Shown here: piece after piece, positions 1 to 8,358 of the stretch
Position numbering within the stretch: the first letter of the stretch is position 1
Layout: each line of letters starts with the position of its first letter
Origin: Candidatus Cloacimonadota bacterium
Lineage (GTDB): Bacteria > Cloacimonadota > Cloacimonadia > JGIOTU-2
Reading direction: 5' to 3'
DNA length: 21,930 nucleotides
Assembly: GCA_049903315.1 (NCBI GenBank)
Contig: JBNGBT010000019.1
Coordinates: forward strand, 1-21,930
Notes under the pieces: model-generated
What the model was told of the DNA's origin: nothing
Databases searched by the model: none
Seen by the model: the letters and a program-made list of their open reading frames with translations, nothing else
Position numbers and translations under genes: made by a program

Positions 1-1802
1 AAGATGTGTGCAAATGAACACGATGAACATGATGATTTAGCTCTGGGGACAAGCAGTGTGTGAGCGACGGATTCCATCTCATATTGGAGAACATCGCATA
101 CATGTTCTGTATTCGTTCCATGCCAGGCCAGATCGAGCAATTCCTGGGTGAGCCTATTAATCGATTTCTTTCCAGCAAAAAACTTTTTTGACTTAATGAC
201 TTTGTCTATCAAATCTTGTGGTATTCTCTTTCCCGTCTTGTAGTGAAATGCATACTGATCGAGCATTTCAGACTCCAAGACATAATTTTCCAAAATTTGA
301 GAAGGTAATTCTACAAAATCCCAGTATACATTAGAGCCGGCCAATGACTTGTATGTACATTGAGACAGGAGATGGTGTAATGCATGCCCAAACTCGTGAA
401 AAAGAGTTTCCACTTCCCTCAATCTTAGGAGAGTTGGGATACCATCCAAAGGGGGAGTAATATTAGATGCGATACAGACTATTGGTCTTCTTATATCTAC
501 ACCATCAAATCCTTGAGGTTGAATTGTAACTAACCAGCCACCCGCACGCTTTGTTGGTCTTGGATGCAGGTCTAACCATAATTGCCCAAGGTAATCCCCA
601 TTATTATCATTGACAAGATAAGTACGAATATCAGGGTGGGGAGTAGGGATATCATCAGTCCGTGTGATTGAGATCCCGTACAGCTTCGTTCCAAGTTTGA
701 AAACCCCATTGATAACCTGTTCAAGTTCGAAATAAGGTTTCAGATCTTCTTCATGATAACCAAAAGTCTCAGATTTCAATTTTTCTGTGTAATAAGCTGT
801 GTCATAGCCATACAGGTCAGTAATCCCATCGTGTTTCTCAGAGTATTCTTTGAGTTGCTGCATATCGGCATCAGCTTTGGGTTTACTGATATCAAATATC
901 TCATCCAGGAAATTTGTAACTGTATCAATATCACCGGCCATTCTTTCCTGAAAGACATAGTCAGCATAATTGTTGTGCCCCAGAATATTCGCTAACTCCC
1001 ACGACAGCTTAGCTTTTTTAAGAACAACCTCCTGGTTATCAAACTTGTCTTTATATGCCTTGCCCTTGGATTTTCGAAACACCAACTCTCGAAGTTTCCT
1101 GTTCTTGCAATGAGTTTGGATCGGATTGATGTGAGGTTGTTGCAGCAACACCAACCACCCATTCTCCTTTCCACGATCCTTTGCTGCCTTAGCCATCATT
1201 GCTTTTACATTTTCTGGTACACCCTCTAGTTCAGATTCATCAATGATGTGATGTTCGAATGCGTTGGTTGCGTTAAGGACATTCTGTGCAAAATCAGTCT
1301 TGAGTTTTGTTAGCTCTTTTTTAATCTCACGCAATCTGTCTTGGTCCTTGTCTGAGAGATTTGCTCCATTTCGAGTGTACCATTCATACCGTTCCTGAGT
1401 CAGCCTTCTTTGCTCTTGGTTTAATCCAGATTCATCAAGACCCTCATACACTGTTTTGACTCGTTGAAACAGCTGCTTGTCAACTAATATACTGTGATGG
1501 AAATCAGCAATTTTGGGATGAATAACCTTTGCAAGCTCCTTAAGTTCATTATCGGACTCATGGGACAATAGAAAACTGAATATTCTTCGGACTCGGTACA
1601 GCAATGATCCGCAGCACTCTAAAGCCAGGATTGTATTGTCAAAAGATGGCGAATTGGTATTATTGGCAATTTCATTAACTTCCCCATAGGCCAATTTCAG
1701 TGCATGATCAATTGCAGGTTCGAAATGGTCATTCCTAATCTCATTAAATGGGAATTTATCAGTGGGTTCAAGGTCGATAAGAGGATTGTAAGCAGGACTC
1801 AT
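1..1802 (-). CDS. M3-family zinc metallopeptidase (oligopeptidase A / peptidyl-dipeptidase Dcp-like), 3'-truncated by the window edge
   Basis: Absent from the ORF track because no stop lies in the window. ATG at 1802-1800 with GGAG upstream gives MSPAYNPLIDLEPTDKFPFNEIRNDHFEPAI. In frame are DLHPRPTKRAGGW, EVETLFHEFGHALH (HEFGH at 398-384), WDFVELPSQILEN and, at the edge, SFAHI. These are canonical M3A motifs. Confidence 0.95.
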   Translation of the reverse strand, partial: MSPAYNPLIDLEPTDKFPFNEIRNDHFEPAIDHALKLAYGEVNEIANNTNSPSFDNTILALECCGSLLYRVRRIFSFLLSHESDNELKELAKVIHPKIADFHHSILVDKQLFQRVKTVYEGLDESGLNQEQRRLTQERYEWYTRNGANLSDKDQDRLREIKKELTKLKTDFAQNVLNATNAFEHHIIDESELEGVPENVKAMMAKAAKDRGKENGWLVLLQQPHINPIQTHCKNRKLRELVFRKSKGKAYKDKFDNQEVVLKKAKLSWELANILGHNNYADYVFQERMAGDIDTVTNFLDEIFDISKPKADADMQQLKEYSEKHDGITDLYGYDTAYYTEKLKSETFGYHEEDLKPYFELEQVINGVFKLGTKLYGISITRTDDIPTPHPDIRTYLVNDNNGDYLGQLWLDLHPRPTKRAGGWLVTIQPQGFDGVDIRRPIVCIASNITPPLDGIPTLLRLREVETLFHEFGHALHHLLSQCTYKSLAGSNVYWDFVELPSQILENYVLESEMLDQYAFHYKTGKRIPQDLIDKVIKSKKFFAGKKSINRLTQELLDLAWHGTNTEHVCDVLQYEMESVAHTLLVPRAKSSCSSCSFAHI

Positions 1803-1922
1803 TATTCACACTCCGATAAGAATAGATTGCAAGAATATTTATAACATTATAGTTAACCTGAATTTAACAAGATTGAATGTATCGAGGCTAATGGATAAAC
1901 CGGGAATACTGATCGTTGAGGT

Positions 1923-1985
1923 GCTATCTACCCTTGAAGCTCCCCCAGGTGGGCTATGTGTGGATTATAATCCGACTGTTTGGCA
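1923..1985 (-). repeat. Leader element related to the 3347-3486 element (putative antisense target)
   Basis: GACTGTTTGGCA at 1974-1985 is identical to 3475-3486. GCTATCTACCCTTGAAGCTCCCCC (1923-1946) nearly matches the reverse complement of 3402-3424 (GCTATGCCCCTTGAAAGCTCCCC). Contains the perfect palindrome GGATTATAATCC (1962-1973). Confidence 0.7.
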
Positions 1986-1989
1986 GTGA

Positions 1990-2018
1990 AAATTACTGTA
2001 TTCTAGTAGATGTATCAA
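1990..2018 (-). promoter_or_regulatory. Putative sigma70-type promoter for the M3 peptidase leader
   Basis: Minus strand TTGATA (2018-2013), 17 nt, TAATTT (1995-1990), just before the TGCCAAACAGTC box. The AT-rich context limits specificity. Confidence 0.4.
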
Positions 2019-2109
2019 ATCCCCTAACAAATTTTTGTTTTGAATATCCTCTGATTCAAAAATATTCGCAACAGGTATTTTGGATGAAAAAGTGAAAGAG
2101 CCCCTCCTA

Positions 2110-2667
2110 TCAATAATTTCCCTTACTTCTTTTGGGGATTGCTTTGAAAGCCGCAATTGTCATATAACTAATCACCTGTTTATGGTTATCCCCAGTATCC
2201 TCCCAATCAACATAGATCGTAAAAGACTCTCCAGTTATGAGGTGTGCCCATTCATTGCTATCTATCTCAAACTGAAACTCTCCTTTTTTAATATCTCGTA
2301 CCTGTTGGTAAGGTATTGTCTCAGGTTCAGAACTTATGTCATTCTTAAGTATTATTGAGTGTTGGTCATAATCAATAATAATGACAGGGTCAAGAATCGT
2401 TTGTTGCGGATTCTTTATAGCACCGCTACGACTGAACTCCATTATTATCAGGGTCTCAAATTCATCAAAAACCTCAATACCGGTTCGATTCTCTGAAGGG
2501 ATATACTGTGGATCAGATACATATTCATTTTCTCGAATTGGAGTGGTTTCACTAGTCAATTCCTTTGGGATTGTATTGCCATTAATTGATTTTGAAAATA
2601 CAATGAAGGCAATTATTGATATTGGAATGCCTATCGATAGGATGATGTTAATCTTTCTGCTAGCCAT
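2110..2667 (-). CDS. Hypothetical protein with N-terminal membrane anchor (185 aa)
   Basis: Basic N-terminus, hydrophobic helix (IILSIGIPISIIAFIVF), then a soluble domain. AAGGA upstream. Co-oriented 34 nt downstream of 2702-3304. Confidence 0.8.
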   Translation of the reverse strand: MASRKINIILSIGIPISIIAFIVFSKSINGNTIPKELTSETTPIRENEYVSDPQYIPSENRTGIEVFDEFETLIIMEFSRSGAIKNPQQTILDPVIIIDYDQHSIILKNDISSEPETIPYQQVRDIKKGEFQFEIDSNEWAHLITGESFTIYVDWEDTGDNHKQVISYMTIAAFKAIPKRSKGNY

Positions 2668-2701
2668 CGTTTCCTTGTCCAGTTAAGTACACATTAATTT
2701 G

Positions 2702-3304
2702 CTAGTCGAGGTATTGGGGGGCATTTTTCTTAACCCATTCAAGGGGCATATACATAGTGTGCCTGCTGATGCCACTACTTCTCTTATACTTTTTCTCGCC
2801 CTCAATCCACGGCCATAGATCATTTTCCTTTGTCACAGTATGCTCGTAGTAAAAAATGTGAATGATTCCAGTTTTGGGATAAAGATGGATCACAGAACGA
2901 TACACTTCGTAGTCTTCTCCAGGGATGGGCTCCGAGTCCCTGTTATAGGCATAATATGGCTCTTCATTATCGTAAGAGCGTAACCAAACACTTTCATAGG
3001 GAAATGACTTACTACCGATGTTTACATGTTTGACGTCATAGTCAACATTCACTTGGTAGTTATCTATCTCTCCAAATGAATCTGCTGACATCATGTTGCC
3101 TTCAATGTCGTATGGTGCATCAACAACAAATCCTACCGGTTCATAGAATACAATTCCTGATAAGTCCCTTGGATTAGGTATTTGGATGAAATATTTATAT
3201 ACACCAATCACTAATAAGGCAAGTGGAATTAAGACAATAAATGCACCTACAATAATGTTGCGAGTTCTCTTTGACATTGTCTTAATTACAACTGGAAAAA
3301 TCAT
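2702..3304 (-). CDS. Hypothetical protein with N-terminal membrane anchor (200 aa)
   Basis: GGAGG 4 nt before ATG. Hydrophobic helix IIVGAFIVLIPLALLVIGVY, then a Tyr-rich soluble domain. Confidence 0.85.
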   Translation of the reverse strand: MIFPVVIKTMSKRTRNIIVGAFIVLIPLALLVIGVYKYFIQIPNPRDLSGIVFYEPVGFVVDAPYDIEGNMMSADSFGEIDNYQVNVDYDVKHVNIGSKSFPYESVWLRSYDNEEPYYAYNRDSEPIPGEDYEVYRSVIHLYPKTGIIHIFYYEHTVTKENDLWPWIEGEKKYKRSSGISRHTMYMPLEWVKKNAPQYLD

Positions 3305-3346
3305 ATTTCCTCCAAGTTATTAGTATTGGGGGTAATAACGAAATAA

Positions 3347-3486
3347 CCCCTTGATAAGCCTCACATGGTGTCGCCAAACAGCCAAGGATTTAACCCAACA
3401 AGGGGAGCTTTCAAGGGGCATAGCTTGCCCACATGAGTTTCCTTGTTAGGTTCATATTTAGGTTAGATCACAATGACTGTTTGGCA
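3347..3486 (-). ncRNA. Putative structured leader / c4 (CI)-like antisense RNA
   Basis: Stem CCCCTTGA..AAGC (3347-3359) / GCTT-TCAAGGGG (3407-3418) encloses CTGTTTGGCGAC (minus strand, 3381-3370). This is complementary to the upstream TGCCAAACAG box (3486-3477). The family assignment is inferred from architecture only. Confidence 0.45.
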
Positions 3487-3716
3487 ATGGAATATTACGG
3501 AGATTTCAATGTATCAGAAAATGAATTTCATTGGGCGATAAACGTACTCATTAAATAATTGAGGCATAATACATATTTATTAATACATTTCTGCTAGTCA
3601 ATTTTCAATTATCCAAGCTTTACACACATTAGTATTATTAAATAAACATATACTATCATCATATAGGCAAATAGAGGCATTTAGTTATTACAATATGAAA
3701 CAATAATGAATATTGC

Positions 3717-3745
3717 TTGAATAATAATAATGATAGATGTACTTT
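3717..3745 (+). promoter_or_regulatory. Putative promoter of cassette 1
   Basis: TTGAAT (3717-3722), 17 nt, TACTTT (3740-3745), 25 nt before the ATG at 3771. Very AT-rich, so weak evidence. Confidence 0.3.
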
Positions 3746-3770
3746 TATTTTAGCATAACAGTAGTTTTCT

Positions 3771-5129
3771 ATGAAAATCAATTATTCTTTAATACTTATC
3801 ATATTTTCTTCTCTTCTATTCCCCCTGACCGCCAGAGATCAGCTTGGTGATGCGAATAACGATGGCACTGTTAACATTCAGGATATAATCCGGGTTATTA
3901 ACATCATTTTAGAGAATGATCCAAGTCCTACAGAATACGAAATGTGGGCAGCGGATGTCAACGCTGACACTCAAATAAATATCCAAGATGTAATAGTCAT
4001 TGTTAATGTAATCTTGGATACCAATATGGAATGTGGTGAGTATCAAAATATTTGCGAATTCAATTTAACCGAATGTTGTTATGAGATCACCAGTCATGAT
4101 ATTACGTGGGAGTTTGAGATTTTTGCTTCGTCAACTGGAATTAATATGTTTCAAGACGGGATTATAATTTCTGAAGATGATATTTGGGTTGTGGGTAAGT
4201 ACTATATTGAGGAGCCACCTTGGACTTATTTGATGAATATGATCCATTGGGATGGGTTTGAATGGAATACAATCTCTATGGAACCGGACAATAATGATTA
4301 TGGCCCATACAATCTTTTATCTGTTTATGGTTTTGCGGCAGGTGATTTGTGGACTGGTGTTAGTGCACCAGTATATTATAATGGTGATACATGGTTTGAA
4401 TATGGGCACAATAATTCGAATTTCCCTGAAGATCTGGGTGGCATTTATGAGATGTGGGGCATATCATCAAATGAGATTTATTTTGGTATGGGTTCCGAAG
4501 ATATAATATTTTGGAACGGTAACGAATTTTCTATTATGGAAACAAGTACGGGTACTGGCTCTCAATTCCTTTATACTGCAAATTTTGTTGACATTTTTGG
4601 CCTCGATTCCAACCATATTTGGGCATTGTCATTTAATGAAGGGGGTGTAACAGAAGATCAACCAATCACTCTTCAATTCTATAATGGAGATGAATGGGTT
4701 GACCAATATTATATAGACACCTGGATCCCGATAGAAGGAGAAGTTTCAGGCACAATATACAATGCATGGGCTTTTGAGGATACACTTTACATGGTCAGCG
4801 GATGGTATGGACTTTGGAAGGAATCCATTTTGACGGGCGAGGGATATTATGATGGTAATATTGATGCTACCGATCCATTTTTATATGTTCATGGAGTATC
4901 CCTTATGGGGAACCATTATAATGATATTTTTACCATAAGTTGGCAAGGTTACTATGGACATTGGAATGGATTAGATTGGTACCAGGGTACCGAAATCCGT
5001 GATTACTTTGATATGATGGGAGTGTCAATTATTTGTTTAGGGTTATGCGTTAAAGGTAACACAATTATTGCTTATGGTGAAGCAAATGCCGGAGAATTTG
5101 CTTGGGTGGCAAAAGGAACCAGGAACTAA
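3771..5129 (+). CDS. Secreted protein: N-terminal dockerin, Cys-rich linker, Trp-rich repeat (probable beta-propeller) domain; cassette 1 small partner
   Basis: Signal peptide; duplicated Ca-loop dockerin repeats GDANNDGTVNIQD and ADVNADTQINIQD; CxxNLTECC..TSHD; repeated [HYF][WY]xGxxW / DIWxxG units (HWDGFEW, YYNGDTW, FWNGNEF, FYNGDEW, HWNGLDW). No PNPFNP C-terminal domain. Confidence 0.9.
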   Translation: MKINYSLILIIFSSLLFPLTARDQLGDANNDGTVNIQDIIRVINIILENDPSPTEYEMWAADVNADTQINIQDVIVIVNVILDTNMECGEYQNICEFNLTECCYEITSHDITWEFEIFASSTGINMFQDGIIISEDDIWVVGKYYIEEPPWTYLMNMIHWDGFEWNTISMEPDNNDYGPYNLLSVYGFAAGDLWTGVSAPVYYNGDTWFEYGHNNSNFPEDLGGIYEMWGISSNEIYFGMGSEDIIFWNGNEFSIMETSTGTGSQFLYTANFVDIFGLDSNHIWALSFNEGGVTEDQPITLQFYNGDEWVDQYYIDTWIPIEGEVSGTIYNAWAFEDTLYMVSGWYGLWKESILTGEGYYDGNIDATDPFLYVHGVSLMGNHYNDIFTISWQGYYGHWNGLDWYQGTEIRDYFDMMGVSIICLGLCVKGNTIIAYGEANAGEFAWVAKGTRN

Positions 5130-5137
5130 AATAAAAG

Positions 5138-5179
5138 TTGGACCGGCATCTGTATTTAGACTGCAAGACACCGGCCCAA
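5138..5179 (+). other. Imperfect intergenic hairpin between small and large gene of cassette 1
   Basis: TTGGACCGGCATCT...AGACACCGGCCCAA inverted repeat, 8 nt after the stop, with no following U-tract on the + strand. Confidence 0.45.
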
Positions 5180-5315
5180 AGATAGACGCTTCTGATTAAA
5201 TCACAGTAGCGACCACTTTATATTAAACAATACTCCGTATTGTGAAAAAGTATAAATGTAATCAAGCTGTTTTTATGTTGGAAGCATTGATGTTAAATAC
5301 AAATAAAGGATCAAC

Positions 5316-8087
5316 ATGAAAACAAAATCAATCAACAATATAGGATTTTGCCTAATATTATTCTTTGGCTTTATCCTCTCACAAACAACAACTCTTACGG
5401 TTACCAATGTAGATGCCTCAAATAATGACCTTGGTGGGAACTGGTATTTATACAATTCATCTGGAACAGGCACACCAGTAACTGTAGCATCTGGTAGTAG
5501 TACGCCAGTAACCGTTGGAAATGATTACAAACTTCTAACCGATGCAACAGCAAGTGGAGAATCATTTCTCCATTGGAGGACTAATTCACTTTACTATCCA
5601 AGATGGTATGATTATCATTGCGATGATGCAACTGCTGATGTATACGTGGCTCATTTTGATGACCAACAAGCGGTGACATTCCAATCAACCGGCAATGTAC
5701 AATTCCTAATACATGATCCATGGTTGGTTGATGGGAATAATGATTCATACGGAGAAGACTATTTTGTTGAACTTGACGAATTAACTTCATCAGGATCATA
5801 TAATGCGTTTAAGGATGTTGGTGGCTCGCCAGGTACACCTGCCTATCCTTATTATAAAGTAAAAATCAAAAGGCTTGATGCAACCACATCAGGAATTTAC
5901 GAGTTCGTTCAATTTGATGAAACCAATGTAAATGCTGATTTTGAAGCGTATACATTACCAGATGATTGGTCGAGTGACTATTATTTAGATATTATGATTC
6001 AATTTACCGAGAATGATCAGGCTTATTCTTATATTGTTGATGTTGAATATGATCAAATGGGGGAGGATGACAATGATGAAATTGAAATCTACTCCAGAGA
6101 GACATTGACAATCCCAGATGGTGCAACACTGGAAATGTATGCCGGTGCTTATTTCACAGTCGATGGTATCCTAAATATCGGTTCTTCGAGTGGTTCTAGT
6201 AGTATAATTAAAGTTGATCAGTCGACTCCAACACTCTATTGGAATGGGATAAATCTTTCACAGTTTGGTGAGTTAACAATTGAAAATACAACCATATCCG
6301 ATGCCACCAATGGGATTATTTTTGGAGGTGATGGGGGCGCTGATTACTCAGGCGTACAAAAGGATTTTATAACATTGGATGATTGCGATTTTAAGGGTTT
6401 CAGTAATTATGCCATTTACAACCAAGATGAAGCGCAACAGACTGGTAATAAAATCTTAATTGAAAACTCTGTATTTTCAGATGACATTAACATCGCCTAT
6501 GGTTGGGATGGTGAGTTTTCCTTTAAGGGAAATACCATGGATGAAAGTTATCTTAGGATTCACACAGCAGAAGGAACTTATCTACTAAATGACAATCGAT
6601 TTGAAGGAGATATTAATGGCGATGCAAAATTCCACATTAATTCTGCAGAAGGCGACTTTACCTTTACTGAAAATTTGTTTGAGGGAGACCCGGATGATAG
6701 ATCAATTTTATTTAATCGAGGTTCTAACCCAACGGAGGAAACAAATTTAACGATCCAACAAAACACCTTTAAAAATGCATATGATTATTGCATCGACATA
6801 ACTTCGTTCACTGGCGGAACTGAAGACTATAATGTCGATATACGAAATAACATAATTGTTGGTGACGTTCTTGATACTGATAATATTGCTGTGGATCTCA
6901 ATGGACTCATTGATGATGAAACAATCACAAGTTTTGTAAGGGATTACAACAATATCTCAGGTTTTGATTACCATTACCAGGATATTACAGATGAAAACCT
7001 GGATGATGATGGGCATGATCTTCCAACTAATTGGTCTGATACTGATGATGATATAGATCCCGAATTTATTGGAGGTTCACCATATGATTACAATCTAGAC
7101 TGGGACAGTCCCTGTATCAATAAGGGAGATCCTAATCTTGCCGATGATACAGATGGATCAGTTGCAGATATTGGTTACAAATCCACTAGTTACTGGGGTG
7201 ATAGAGGAGACGTCAATGAGGACGATTCTGTAGATGTTGGGGACAATGTTTTGCTAGTTTGTATTATATTAGAGAATACTGGTTGTGAAAATCCAACTTA
7301 TACGCAACAGATACGTGGCGATGTGGCACGTAATGGCACATTAGATGTTGCTGATATTACTGCTCTGGTCGCTTGCCAAACTGCTGAAAATTGTCCGACT
7401 GGTTTACAAAAAAACATACCTATCACTGGTAATGCAAATTTAGTTTTGATTAACTCTCCTAGCCTTTCTAGATGGGATGGCAGCACATATGTGGTTAGTG
7501 TAAATTCAAACGTGCCGGTTCGAGGTATACAAGCCGATTTCATTTTTGAGGGCTTGAGTATAGATGATATTGAACTTACAAATGCATCTGGAGGATTATT
7601 GTTGGATTACAATGAATTGGATGATGGTTCGACCAGAGTGATTGTATATCCAGAAGATGAGTTTGAGATTCCAGCAGGTGAAAATGATGTTATGGTTATT
7701 AGCTTCAGCAATCTTCTTCGTGATAATGGTGCTACGGATATTGATACAAAAAATATTGTGATCTCAGATAACTTCGGTAGAAATATTTTTAATACTTCAA
7801 TTGCCCCCACTACTCCACTTGGATTTAGGTTAAATAATCCATATCCAAACCCATTCAATCCTGTTACTACAATAAGCTATAATCTACCCATCGACTCTTC
7901 TTTGAGTCTGAAGGTTTATGATGTTATGGGACGTGAAGTAGCTGAACTTGTTAGACCCAATACATTCCATTCCGCTGGTACTCACCTGGTAGAATGGGAT
8001 GCATCCGGTTTTTCTTCTGGCATCTATTTTGTTCAGTTGATTGCCCCAGATTATCGGAATAGTCAGAAAGTTATGCTTTTGAAATAA
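5316..8087 (+). CDS. Large secreted acidic protein (923 aa): 'DPW' domain, right-handed beta-helix region, dockerin, cohesin-like domain, T9SS-A/FlgD-Ig C-terminal domain
   Basis: AAGGA RBS; signal peptide ending ILS|Q; beta-helix hallmarks (WNGINL, IENTTISDATNGI, IQQNTF, IRNNII, YNNI, DSPCINKGDP..D.DGS.ADIG); dockerin GDVNEDDSVDVGD / GDVARNGTLDVAD (~7203-7370); cohesin-like VSVNSNVPVRGIQADF..IPAGENDVMVISF..VISDNFG; YPNPFNPVTTISYNLP..YDVMGREV..WDASGFSSGIYF..QKVMLLK. Confidence 0.92.
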   Translation: MKTKSINNIGFCLILFFGFILSQTTTLTVTNVDASNNDLGGNWYLYNSSGTGTPVTVASGSSTPVTVGNDYKLLTDATASGESFLHWRTNSLYYPRWYDYHCDDATADVYVAHFDDQQAVTFQSTGNVQFLIHDPWLVDGNNDSYGEDYFVELDELTSSGSYNAFKDVGGSPGTPAYPYYKVKIKRLDATTSGIYEFVQFDETNVNADFEAYTLPDDWSSDYYLDIMIQFTENDQAYSYIVDVEYDQMGEDDNDEIEIYSRETLTIPDGATLEMYAGAYFTVDGILNIGSSSGSSSIIKVDQSTPTLYWNGINLSQFGELTIENTTISDATNGIIFGGDGGADYSGVQKDFITLDDCDFKGFSNYAIYNQDEAQQTGNKILIENSVFSDDINIAYGWDGEFSFKGNTMDESYLRIHTAEGTYLLNDNRFEGDINGDAKFHINSAEGDFTFTENLFEGDPDDRSILFNRGSNPTEETNLTIQQNTFKNAYDYCIDITSFTGGTEDYNVDIRNNIIVGDVLDTDNIAVDLNGLIDDETITSFVRDYNNISGFDYHYQDITDENLDDDGHDLPTNWSDTDDDIDPEFIGGSPYDYNLDWDSPCINKGDPNLADDTDGSVADIGYKSTSYWGDRGDVNEDDSVDVGDNVLLVCIILENTGCENPTYTQQIRGDVARNGTLDVADITALVACQTAENCPTGLQKNIPITGNANLVLINSPSLSRWDGSTYVVSVNSNVPVRGIQADFIFEGLSIDDIELTNASGGLLLDYNELDDGSTRVIVYPEDEFEIPAGENDVMVISFSNLLRDNGATDIDTKNIVISDNFGRNIFNTSIAPTTPLGFRLNNPYPNPFNPVTTISYNLPIDSSLSLKVYDVMGREVAELVRPNTFHSAGTHLVEWDASGFSSGIYFVQLIAPDYRNSQKVMLLK

Positions 8088-8109
8088 AAGTCTATACTGA
8101 ATTTAGAAT

Positions 8110-8137
8110 GGGCTGCCCAATCGGGTGGCCCTTTTTT
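8110..8137 (+). terminator. Rho-independent terminator of cassette 1
   Basis: GGGCTGCCC-AATC-GGGTGGCCC stem-loop followed by T6, 22 nt after the stop at 8087. Confidence 0.85.
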
Positions 8138-8358
8138 AAACTTAAATCAATTATAATGTTTGTTGAAGGAAGTGTTAGGCGTTGAATACCGGAGAGTAGT
8201 TATTAGATAAATTCCCACTCTCCAAATATTGATTCTATATATTAAATTGGTCATATGTATTGGAAAGAAAATTGTTTACTGAGGTATAAATGATTTCTCT
8301 CAATACTGGTTCACAGCCATTCTTCTCTACTAAGTCATTTATAGATGTTCGATCTTCA

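Noticed and set aside
753..1174. Track ORFs 753-995, 776-967, 992-1174
   Set aside because: Shadow or out-of-frame ORFs inside the M3 peptidase gene.
1965..2686. Track ORFs 1965-2156, 2080-2358, 2381-2686
   Set aside because: Overlap the 185-aa gene in other frames or antisense; no recognisable motifs.
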